From positions 131,153 through 195,152 of the forward strand of contig JAGZOP010000001.1 in assembly GCA_018383195.1 (NCBI GenBank): DNA of 64,000 nucleotides, in the 5' to 3' direction. Below the pieces are notes generated by a model. That model was not told the origin of the DNA. It was given only the letters and a program-made list of their open reading frames with translations, and did not search any database. Of the stretch, positions 38,984-48,933 are shown piece by piece (positions within the stretch are counted from its first letter, which is position 1; the number at the start of each line of letters is the position of its first letter). Position numbers and translations under genes: made by a program. The stretch is from Clostridiaceae bacterium (GTDB lineage: Bacteria; Bacillota; Clostridia; Oscillospirales; Butyricicoccaceae).

Positions 38984-40054
38984 ATGAAACGACATCCCGC
39001 ACGCCGCGGCAGACCGCCGCGCAGCGGCGTTGCCGCCCCTGCGTTTGTATGCCTGCTGCTCGCAGCCGTATTTCTATTGGGCAGCAAGGCAGGCGGCGAT
39101 GATTTTGCGCGGCAGGCGCTCAGCGCGCTTGCCCAAAACGAACGGTTTGTATTGGGCGCACTTGCGCTCGAAACCGGTCAGATTCCGACAGAACAGAGCG
39201 TACATAGCCCGCATACCGCAGCCGCAGGGCGCGCGCAGCCACCGACCGACGAAGATCTTGCCGAACAGGAAACCGCCATGGAAAATGCGGTGCCGGAACC
39301 GGCACCGCCCGCAGCGCCTGCCGCACCCGCCGCGGTCACGGTCGGCAATCTATCCGGTCTGGAATTCGACCTAGACGCCATGCTTGCCTCTCCCAAACGG
39401 CTGACCGCCAAGCAAAACGGTCCGCAGGTACTCATCTATCACACCCATGCGACCGAAGCATACACCCCGTCAGGCAGCGACACCTACAAGCCCTCGGGCG
39501 ACATGCGCACAACCGACACCAATCAGAATGTCGTGCGGGTCGGGACCGAACTCTGCAAGGTGCTCGAAGCGCGCGGCATTGAAACCGTACACCTGACTGA
39601 ACTGTATGACTATCCGGCTTACAATGGCTCCTATGGCCGTTCGCTCGCCGCGGTGCAGGCAGCGCTCAAAAAATATCCCACCGTGCAAATGACCATTGAC
39701 GTCCACCGGGACGCAATTTTAGACGAGGACGGCACCAAACACAAGGTATCCGCTGAAATCGGCGGCAAAACTGTCGCGCGGCTCATGCTTGTCATGGGGA
39801 CCAACGCAAGCGGTCTGGCATTCGACGACTGGAAAACCCATCTCAATTACGCGGTGACCCTGCAATCGGCGCTGAACGCCGACCATCCCGGTCTGATGCG
39901 TTCCATCAATCTGCGCAAGCAGCGCTTCAACCTGCACCTGACCCCCGGTTCCATGCTGCTCGAAGTCGGCGCTTCCGGCAATACGCTGGCAGAAGCCATC
40001 GCTGCGGTGCAGCTATTCGGCAGCACGCTGGCAGACGAGCTCGGCGTTCCGTAA
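38984..40054 (+). CDS. spoIIP: Stage II sporulation protein P (SpoIIP)
   Basis: 356 aa. It has an N-terminal TM anchor and a SpoIIP amidase-like domain (QVLIYHTHATEAYTP, MTIDVHRDA, LMLVMGTN). Confidence 0.85.
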   Translation: MKRHPARRGRPPRSGVAAPAFVCLLLAAVFLLGSKAGGDDFARQALSALAQNERFVLGALALETGQIPTEQSVHSPHTAAAGRAQPPTDEDLAEQETAMENAVPEPAPPAAPAAPAAVTVGNLSGLEFDLDAMLASPKRLTAKQNGPQVLIYHTHATEAYTPSGSDTYKPSGDMRTTDTNQNVVRVGTELCKVLEARGIETVHLTELYDYPAYNGSYGRSLAAVQAALKKYPTVQMTIDVHRDAILDEDGTKHKVSAEIGGKTVARLMLVMGTNASGLAFDDWKTHLNYAVTLQSALNADHPGLMRSINLRKQRFNLHLTPGSMLLEVGASGNTLAEAIAAVQLFGSTLADELGVP

Positions 40055-40128
40055 ATTTTCCTCCTTTTACTTCCGCGCATAAGCGGACGCTCCTTTGGAG
40101 AAACTGTTTTCCAAAGGAGCGATTTTTT

Positions 40129-41565
40129 ATGTCTGCACTCAAACTCACGCGTTCGCTTGCGGAAAACCTCGCCGCCATGCGCGCGCTTTTTGAAAACGAC
40201 AACACGTTTGTCTCGCGGGAAACCCGCAGCCCAGCCGGGCTGCACTGCGCCGTGTTCTTTTTTGACGGCATGGTAAACAATCTCGCAATCAACCAGAGCA
40301 TCATCCGCCCGCTTGTCGCATCTGACCGCAAATCCGCAGATGCCGGCCTGCTCGCGCACACCATCATTCAAATCAACGACAGCCGCGTCGAGCCGGACCC
40401 GGACGCCATGCTCTCCTCCCTGCTCTACGGCGACACGGTCATCCTGACTGAGGGCGATGCGCGTCCGGTTGTGGTCAATACCAAGGGTTTTTCCCTGCGC
40501 ACCGCCTCCGAGCCGGAAAACGAGCGCGTGCTGCGCGGTCCGCGCGAGGGATTTACCGAAGCGTTTATGCCCAACCTTGCGCTCATCCGGCGCAGAGTAA
40601 ACGACCCCCGCCTGAAATTCTCTTTTTCCCGCATGGCGGGACGGACGCACACCGTGGTGTGTTTATGCTGGCTTGAAGGCGTAACCGACCCCGCGCTGGT
40701 GCGCGAAGCGCGCCGCCGTCTGGATACCTATGCGCTCGATGGCATTCTGGACGCCAATTACCTCGCAGAATGGATTCGGGACGCGCGCCGCTCCCCTTTT
40801 CCGACGCTCGGCACAACCGAACGCCCCGACGTCGTAGTCGCACGGCTGCTCGAGGGCAGGCTTGCCATCCTCACCGACGGCACGCCGGTCGCATTGACTG
40901 CGCCCTGCGTCCTACAGGAATGCTTACAGTCAAATGATGATTATTACCTTCCAGTCACTCAGGCAGGGCTCGCGCGCGCACTGCGCTCAATCGGCATTCT
41001 TTTGTCCATGATTGTCCCTGCGCTCTATCTCGCCCTGCTTTACCACCATGCCGAACTGCTGCCCACACGCATGCTGCTCGCTATCACCGCCGCGCAAAAA
41101 GGCGTCCCGCTCCCGCCGCTTTGGGAAACCCTTGTGCTGCTGATTGTATTTGAAATCCTCAAGGAAGCAAGCGCACGCACCCCAGGCGTCATCGGTTCCA
41201 CCATGTCAATCGTCGGCGGTCTGGTGCTCGGGCAATCCGCCGTATCCGCGCGCCTGATCTCAGCGCCCGCTGTCATCATTGTCGCAGCAGCAGCCGTCAC
41301 CGGTCTGGCCGCACCCAAACTGCAAGCCGCCGCACTGATGATGCGGTTTGCGCTCCTCTTCTGCGGTGCAGCATTCGGACTGTACGGATTGCTGTTCGGA
41401 CTTGCACTCATGCTGCTGCACCTGTGTGCCCTTCACTCGTTCGGCACCCCTTACCTGCTCAATCTGCTGCCGCGTGTGCACGCCCATACCGAAGACCTCT
41501 GGACGCGCACAAGTTGGGACGCCATGAACAGCCGCCGTTTTTTGGCGCGGAAGGAGCGCCGATGA
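40129..41565 (+). CDS. Spore germination receptor A-subunit (GerA/GerKA family)
   Basis: 478 aa. It has a GerA-type N-terminal soluble domain and a C-terminal membrane domain of about 5 TM helices. Its stop overlaps the start of the next gene. Confidence 0.85.
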   Translation: MSALKLTRSLAENLAAMRALFENDNTFVSRETRSPAGLHCAVFFFDGMVNNLAINQSIIRPLVASDRKSADAGLLAHTIIQINDSRVEPDPDAMLSSLLYGDTVILTEGDARPVVVNTKGFSLRTASEPENERVLRGPREGFTEAFMPNLALIRRRVNDPRLKFSFSRMAGRTHTVVCLCWLEGVTDPALVREARRRLDTYALDGILDANYLAEWIRDARRSPFPTLGTTERPDVVVARLLEGRLAILTDGTPVALTAPCVLQECLQSNDDYYLPVTQAGLARALRSIGILLSMIVPALYLALLYHHAELLPTRMLLAITAAQKGVPLPPLWETLVLLIVFEILKEASARTPGVIGSTMSIVGGLVLGQSAVSARLISAPAVIIVAAAAVTGLAAPKLQAAALMMRFALLFCGAAFGLYGLLFGLALMLLHLCALHSFGTPYLLNLLPRVHAHTEDLWTRTSWDAMNSRRFLARKERR

Positions 41566-42221
41566 AACGGATTTTCTTTGTGCTCCCCCTGCTTTTCCTG
41601 CTGGCAGGCTGCGACCGTCAAAGCGTGCGGATTCAGGATGCCGGTCAGCTTCTTCCCGTGTCCGCGCTTGCCATCGATACCCATGCGTCCGGCTATCAAA
41701 TGACGGTAGAAAGTATCCGGCAGGACAGTTTGGACGGCGATGCCGCGCCCGCATACTTTTCCGTGGAAGGCGCAACCTTTGACGAGCTGTTCCAGCGCGC
41801 AGATGCACTGCTTGCGAGCCGCCTGTACCTCAGCCATGCGCAGGCGATTGTTGTCAGTCCGGCGGTGGTGCAGACCGCCCGATCTGCGCTGACCCAAAGC
41901 CTGCTCGCCCGTCCGGACGCACGGCTTACCCTACGCATCGCGGTTGCACGCGATGCATCGCCGGACGCGGTGCTGCGTGCACCGGCGGTATCCGAAGATA
42001 TTCCCGGAATTGCCCTCGCCGCACTGCTTGATGAACGCGCCAAGGATGGCTCCATGGCAGACTGTCCCCTGTTTCGTCTGCTCGACCGGCAAACCGGCGG
42101 TGAAAGCTTCTCCTTGCCTGTACTCCGGCTGAGCAGGGACGGGCATGCCGCTCCGGACGGCAGCGTGCAGGTTGCGGGCGGTATGCTGACCTTTACGACC
42201 GGAGGTGCCTCCCATGCGTGA
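41562..42221 (+). CDS. Germination lipoprotein, GerC-family N-terminal domain only (short)
   Basis: 219 aa starting at MKRIFFVLPLLFLLAGCD, which has a lipobox. The track ORF starts 46 codons upstream inside gerA. It is shorter than typical GerC proteins, which are about 370 aa. Confidence 0.6.
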   Translation: MKRIFFVLPLLFLLAGCDRQSVRIQDAGQLLPVSALAIDTHASGYQMTVESIRQDSLDGDAAPAYFSVEGATFDELFQRADALLASRLYLSHAQAIVVSPAVVQTARSALTQSLLARPDARLTLRIAVARDASPDAVLRAPAVSEDIPGIALAALLDERAKDGSMADCPLFRLLDRQTGGESFSLPVLRLSRDGHAAPDGSVQVAGGMLTFTTGGASHA

Positions 42222-43083
42222 TACGATCTTCCCCCGCTGGCAAGGCGCGTTTCTCGCACTTTTTCTGCTTGCTGACGGGCTTTATCTGCCTGCATCGCCC
42301 GAAACCGTGCGTACGCTTGCACTCGGATGCGTGCTCAGCACGCTTTTGGCGTTTTTATGGCTGAGCATGCTCAGCGCTCTGCGGGAGCGTGACTTTGAAA
42401 GCTTATGTCTGCACCGTTTTCCAGACTGGCTGACGCGCATGCTGTTTCCCCTCGTCGGCATCGCCTGTATAATCTGCACAGCGCAGTCGCTTGTACGTTT
42501 GACCGCATTCTGGCACGAAACCGCTTTTTCCTCCCTGCCGCGTTGGACCGGTGCTTTGGTTTTGCTCCTCATCGGTTGGCGCACCGGGAAACGCGGCCGC
42601 ACCGCAGTCGCCATGTGGAGTTATCCGCTCTTGCTGTTTGCCGGAGGCGTGACCTTGCTGTCGCTTCTTGTGACACTGGAAGCCTGCGACCCCGCACATC
42701 TCCCTCTGGTATTGCAAACCATGACCATCTCCCCATCTATGCTCGGGAAGTTTGGCTGGTTTGTTCTACCGCTGCTGTTGTGCGCACAGGGAACGCAGAT
42801 TCCCGCAACACGCGCGTGCACGCTCGGCACATTTCTCGGCGGCGTGGGACTGACGCTCATCGCGCTGCGTGCATGGTTGGTACTGGGGGCAGGAGGGACA
42901 CAGCTTCCCTATCCCGCATTTTCCTCTGCGGGCGTATTCTCGGTCGGAGATTTTTTGCAGCGCGGAGAGGTTTTATTCGGATGTGCGCTTGCACTGTGCG
43001 AAGCCGTGCGGGTTGCCCTGCTTGTAACACTGGCACGTACTGCATTTCAGATGATTCGGCGCAAAAAGAAGACCGCTTCGTAA
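42205..43083 (+). CDS. Germination receptor B-subunit-like permease (short GerAB-like)
   Basis: 292 aa polytopic membrane protein with about 8 TM helices. Assignment rests on its position after the A- and C-subunit genes. It is shorter than typical GerAB proteins, which are about 360 aa. Confidence 0.55.
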   Translation: MPPMRDTIFPRWQGAFLALFLLADGLYLPASPETVRTLALGCVLSTLLAFLWLSMLSALRERDFESLCLHRFPDWLTRMLFPLVGIACIICTAQSLVRLTAFWHETAFSSLPRWTGALVLLLIGWRTGKRGRTAVAMWSYPLLLFAGGVTLLSLLVTLEACDPAHLPLVLQTMTISPSMLGKFGWFVLPLLLCAQGTQIPATRACTLGTFLGGVGLTLIALRAWLVLGAGGTQLPYPAFSSAGVFSVGDFLQRGEVLFGCALALCEAVRVALLVTLARTAFQMIRRKKKTAS

Positions 43084-43086
43084 GAA

Positions 43087-43132
43087 GCGGTCTTTCGTAT
43101 GGCTGTTTTGATTGAAAAGCGGGTTTCCTCCG
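43087..43132. terminator. Hairpin/terminator at the gerB-like 3' end, at the start of a GC-rich hairpin series
   Basis: The sequence AAAAGCGGGTTTCCTCCGCTTTTC forms the first stem. Further perfect stems follow at CCGCGCTCtgcgGAGCGCGG, GCAGGCtgcgcGCCTGC and CCGGGGcataCCCCGG, all lying between 43133 and about 43205. Confidence 0.6.
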
Positions 43133-43233
43133 CTTTTCAAAGGGGATTCCGCGCTCTGCGGAGCGCGGGCAGGCTGCGCGCCTGCACTGCGCCGGGGCAT
43201 ACCCCGGACCCATTGTTTCCCCCCACACAACGT

Positions 43234-43567
43234 GATCCTCAGTTCTTCAGACTGTGGATCGGAGCAGGCCAAACAGTCCAGTGGACTGTTTGGCGGCAGC
43301 TCTGCCACAGGCATGCTGCCGGAAAAGGACATCCCTGGACAGCGCCGCTTTTTCCGCGAGCAGCGCCGCACCAGCGCGCGACGATCCTCAGTTCTTCAGG
43401 CTGTGGATCGGAGCAGGGCAAACAGTCCGGTGGACTGTTTGGCGGCAGCTCTGCCACAGGCATGCTGCCGGAAAAGGACATCCCCGGACAGCGCCGCTTT
43501 TTCCGCGGGCAGCGCCGCACCGACACGCGACGATCCTCAGTTCTTCAGGCTGTGGATCGGAGCAGGG
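43234..43567. repeat. Tandem direct repeat, period 149 bp, 2.25 copies, each beginning with the last 10 codons plus stop of the UPF0210 gene
   Basis: Copies sit at 43234-43382, 43383-43531 and 43532 to about 43567. Copies 1 and 2 are about 94% identical. Each unit starts gatcctcagttcttcag[ag]ctgtggatcggagcagg, which on the minus strand encodes PAPIHSLKN plus a stop. The third copy is the genuine 3' end of CDS 43537..44916. Units contain internal hairpins (aaacagtccaccggactgttt, cggcagcatgcctgtggcagagctgccg). Confidence 0.85.
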
Positions 43568-44916
43568 ATTCTTCCCCCGCGATGAATAAACTTCGCCGGA
43601 GACTGGGTCGGCACCGGCATAATCGGCGCGGAGCCGAGCAGACCGCCGAACTCTACACTGTCGCCCACCGTCTTGCCGATGGCAGGAATAACGCGCACTG
43701 CTGTGGTCTTGGTATTGACGACGCCGATGGCGATTTCGTCTGCAATCAAGCCGGAAATGACTTCTGCACTGGTGTCGCCGGGAACGGCAACCATGTCGAT
43801 GCCGACCGAGCAGACCGCGGTCATCGCTTCAAGCTTCTGCATGGTGAGTACGCCTGACTGCACCGCTGCAATCATGCCTTCATCCTCGGAAACCGGAATG
43901 AACGCGCCCGACAAGCCGCCGACATTCGAGGACGCCATGACGCCGCCCTTCTTCACCGCATCATTGAGCATGGCAAGAATCGCTGTGGTGCCGCAGGCGC
44001 CGCAGGTTTCGAGGCCAACTTCCTCCAGAATGCGCGCCACCGAGTCGCCGACCGCCGGAGTCGGCGCAAGCGACAAATCGACAATGCCGAACGGCACACC
44101 GAGACGGTCGGATGCAATCGAGCCGACAAGCTGTCCCATACGGGTAATCTTGAACGCGGTCTTTTTGATGATTTCCGCAACCTCGCCAATCGAGCAGTCG
44201 CCTGCGCGGCGAATCGCGGACTGAACAACACCGGGTCCGGATACGCCGACATTGAGCACGCATTCCGGCTCACCGATGCCGTGGAACGCGCCCGCCATGA
44301 ACGGATTGTCGTCCACTGCATTGGCAAAGACGACCAGCTTGGAGCAGCCCATGGACTGATTATCCTTCGTCAGTTCCGCAGTGGTCTTGATAATATGACC
44401 CATCAAAGAGATTGCATCCAGGTTGATGCCTGCCTTGGTGGATGCAACATTGACCGAGGAACAAACCAGATTGGTCTCTGCCAGCGCCTCCGGAATGGAG
44501 TTGAGCAGCACCTCATCCCCCTTGGCAAATCCTTTTTGCACAAGCGCAGAAAAGCCGCCGATAAAGTTGACACCTGTGGTTTCCGCTGCGCGGTCGAGTG
44601 TCTTTGCAATCGGAACATAGCTGAGCGCATTGGTAGTCGCGCCGACCATTGCAATCGGAGTCACCGAAATGCGCTTGTTGATAATCGGGATACCCAATTC
44701 GCGCTCAATCTGTTCACCGGTTGCGACCAGTCTTTCTGCACGGCGGGTAATCTTATCATAAATCTTATCGCAGAGCACATGGATATCGTCGCTCGCGAGA
44801 TCGCGCAGCGAAATTCCCATTGTAATGGTACGGATATCCAGATGCTCCTCCTCGATCATTTTAATGGTCTCGAGGATGTCGCTGGTATTAATCATTGCCA
44901 CTGTTCTTTCCCCCAC
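43537..44916 (-). CDS. UPF0210 (DUF711) family protein
   Basis: 459 aa. Its length and sequence character match the UPF0210/DUF711 family, which is usually paired with a UPF0237 ACT protein, as it is here. The true start may be [14 protein letters not shown], 7 codons in from the track start. Confidence 0.75.
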   Translation of the reverse strand: MGERTVAMINTSDILETIKMIEEEHLDIRTITMGISLRDLASDDIHVLCDKIYDKITRRAERLVATGEQIERELGIPIINKRISVTPIAMVGATTNALSYVPIAKTLDRAAETTGVNFIGGFSALVQKGFAKGDEVLLNSIPEALAETNLVCSSVNVASTKAGINLDAISLMGHIIKTTAELTKDNQSMGCSKLVVFANAVDDNPFMAGAFHGIGEPECVLNVGVSGPGVVQSAIRRAGDCSIGEVAEIIKKTAFKITRMGQLVGSIASDRLGVPFGIVDLSLAPTPAVGDSVARILEEVGLETCGACGTTAILAMLNDAVKKGGVMASSNVGGLSGAFIPVSEDEGMIAAVQSGVLTMQKLEAMTAVCSVGIDMVAVPGDTSAEVISGLIADEIAIGVVNTKTTAVRVIPAIGKTVGDSVEFGGLLGSAPIMPVPTQSPAKFIHRGGRIPAPIHSLKN

Positions 44917-45186
44917 TCAAATGCGGTGCATCGCGTTGAAAATATCCTCGTGCATGGTGTGAATCTTCATACCAAGTTCTTCACCGTTCTTGTCCAGCAA
45001 ATCAGCCAGCGCCGTAAAGTCCACCGTACACTTGTCGATGTTCACCAGCATAACCATGGCGAACATATCATCCATAACATTCTGGGAGATGTCCACAATG
45101 TTAACGTTATGTGCGGAAAGCGTTTCGGAAATTCTGGCAATAATGCCGGTGCGGTCCTTGCCCACAACAGTAATGACTGCGCGCAT
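44917..45186 (-). CDS. ACT-domain protein of the UPF0237 family (partner of UPF0210)
   Basis: 89 aa, starting MRAVITVVGKDRTGIIARISETLSAHNVNI, which is an ACT fold. It lies immediately upstream of the UPF0210 gene on the same strand with no gap. Confidence 0.7.
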   Translation of the reverse strand: MRAVITVVGKDRTGIIARISETLSAHNVNIVDISQNVMDDMFAMVMLVNIDKCTVDFTALADLLDKNGEELGMKIHTMHEDIFNAMHRI

Positions 45187-45228
45187 ATTCTTTACCTCCT
45201 GAGAGTTCCCTCTAATAAGAATTATATG

Positions 45229-46401
45229 TTATTCAGCCGATAAAACATCGGTCAAAATCGAATTGGAGAGCAGAAATCCCTGCTCGGTCAGCCGCCATCG
45301 GCCATTTTCAAATCGGGTCAGTCCATGCGGCTCAAAAAACCGCAAGCGGCGCGCAAACGGCATAAAGGACACGCCAAACCGCGCCTCAAATGCTTCGGGC
45401 ACAACACCATCTGCCGTGCGCAGCGCAAGCATCAAAAACTCCAAAGCGGGTGAAAAACCGTCCACTTCATCCTCCTGCACCGGGGGCTGTCCGGCAAGAA
45501 AGGCATCCAGACTGCGGTCATATGCAAAGCGCCTGCCGTCAAGCAGCGAATGTGCAGAGGGACCTATGCCGAGATAGGGCGATAAATCCCAGTACTTCGC
45601 GTTGTGCTTTGCACGAAAGCCGGGTTTTGCCCAGTTGGAAATCTCATAATGCTCATATCCGGCGGCAGACAGCATCCCGCACAGCGCCAAATACATGTCC
45701 GCCTGCACATCCTCATCCGGCTGAACAATTCGTTCCCGTGCAAACGGCGTGCCCGGCTCCACCTTGAGCGCGTAGCACGACAGGTGCGCGGGGGCAAGCG
45801 CCAACAGCGCCTGCACCGACTCCAGCAGCCGGGGTTCGTCCTGTCCGGGCAGCGCATACATCAGGTCGAGCGACAGATTTTCAAATCCATAGCGATATGC
45901 CTCCCCGACCGCGCGGCGCGCCTCCTCGAACGTATGCCGCCTGCCGAGCATGCGCAGCTCACCGTCGTGCGCGGACTGCACGCCGACTGACAGCCGGTTG
46001 ACACCCGCGCCGCGCAGCGCGGCAAGCAGCGCCGCGTCCATGCTGTCCGGGTTGCATTCGACTGTGATCTCGGCGTTTTCTTCCACGGAAAACGCACGCG
46101 CCGCCGCGCCGAGCAGGCGGGTCAGTCTGGCGCCGCCGAGCAGAGAGGGCGTGCCGCCGCCGAAATACACAGTATCCACGCGGTATTCGCGGCATCGTTC
46201 TCCCCATGCATCCAGATGGCGGCACATGGCATTTACATAATCGTCCATTCGCTCGGGCGCAGCGAGCGAATAAAAATCGCAGTATTTGCACTTGGACGCG
46301 CAGAAGGGAACGTGAATATAAAGGGAGAGTGGAGATTGGAGAGTGGAGATTGGAGAGTGGAGATTGGAGAGCGGAGCGCTGCCCTGCGATTTTTGTGCCA
46401 T
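45229..46401 (-). CDS. hemW: Radical SAM heme chaperone HemW (HemN-like, oxygen-independent coproporphyrinogen-III oxidase family)
   Basis: It has the radical SAM motif YIHVPFCASKCKYCDFYS and a HemN C-terminal domain. I took the start at MAQKSQG (46401), which follows GGAGGG. The N-terminal 20 aa contain a 14-bp x3 microsatellite (see the separate repeat feature). Confidence 0.85.
   Translation of the reverse strand: MAQKSQGSAPLSNLHSPISTLQSPLSLYIHVPFCASKCKYCDFYSLAAPERMDDYVNAMCRHLDAWGERCREYRVDTVYFGGGTPSLLGGARLTRLLGAAARAFSVEENAEITVECNPDSMDAALLAALRGAGVNRLSVGVQSAHDGELRMLGRRHTFEEARRAVGEAYRYGFENLSLDLMYALPGQDEPRLLESVQALLALAPAHLSCYALKVEPGTPFARERIVQPDEDVQADMYLALCGMLSAAGYEHYEISNWAKPGFRAKHNAKYWDLSPYLGIGPSAHSLLDGRRFAYDRSLDAFLAGQPPVQEDEVDGFSPALEFLMLALRTADGVVPEAFEARFGVSFMPFARRLRFFEPHGLTRFENGRWRLTEQGFLLSNSILTDVLSAE
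46325..46366. repeat. 14-bp tandem microsatellite (gagagtggagattg x3, plus a degenerate 4th copy) inside the hemW 5' coding region
   Basis: The units are at 46325-46338, 46339-46352 and 46353-46366, followed by gagagcggag. On the minus strand they encode SNLHSPISTLQSPLS of HemW. The unit length is not a multiple of 3. Confidence 0.85.
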
Positions 46402-46454
46402 CTTTACGCTTCCCTCCCCATTCTTCACTCTTCCCTCTTAACTCTCAACTCTTT

Positions 46455-48305
<1,851 letters not shown>

Positions 48306-48573
48306 AGTATCATATTTCGCCGCTTTACACAAGAAAATCACATAGAGAACATCTTGCCGTACCACCGCCCTGTTTTGGTGACATTTACAAAAGTCCATGC
48401 CATGCGGACAATGTGGAGGTTTGATGTAGGTTGTGTGAAGTCTGCGCAATCCGGTTGACATCGTCAGACTATCGTGATAGTCTATAGCCATACTATTGCA
48501 ATAGTCCACGGATGCGGACGCTGTTCAAGCGCTGGAACAGCGTCGCGCAGTCCAAACGAAAGGAAGAACTGCT

Positions 48574-48933
48574 ATGGAGCACAAACTCTTCGATTCTGAG
48601 CGGCGTGTGATGGAACTACTGTGGCAGCACGGCGATCTGACTGCCAAAGAGCTGTCTCAGAGACTCGCGGAAACCGCAGGCTGGAACAAAAACACCACCT
48701 ATACCGTCGTAAAAAAATGCGTAGAAAAGGGGTACATCCACCGTCAGGAGCCGGGGTTCCTCTGCCATGCCCTGCTGACCCAGTCGCAGGTGCAGCAGGA
48801 TGAAGCCGGAGAACTGGTCGATAAGGTCTTTTCCGGCTCTCCCTCACAGCTGTTTGCATCCCTGCTCGGCGGCGGACGCATCGACAAAGACGAAATCGAC
48901 AAGCTCCGCCGCATGATCGACGAATATCAGTGA
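48574..48933 (+). CDS. BlaI/MecI/CopY-family winged-helix transcriptional repressor
   Basis: 119 aa. It has the penicillinase-repressor fold signature (RVMELLWQHGDLTAKELSQRL...TTYTVVKKCVEKGYIHRQ). Confidence 0.8.
   Translation: MEHKLFDSERRVMELLWQHGDLTAKELSQRLAETAGWNKNTTYTVVKKCVEKGYIHRQEPGFLCHALLTQSQVQQDEAGELVDKVFSGSPSQLFASLLGGGRIDKDEIDKLRRMIDEYQ

Noticed and set aside
43234-43567. Possible CRISPR array at the 149-bp repeats
   Set aside because: The units are contiguous and about 94% identical over their whole length, with no unique spacers. The period of 149 bp is far longer than CRISPR repeats, and no cas genes are nearby.
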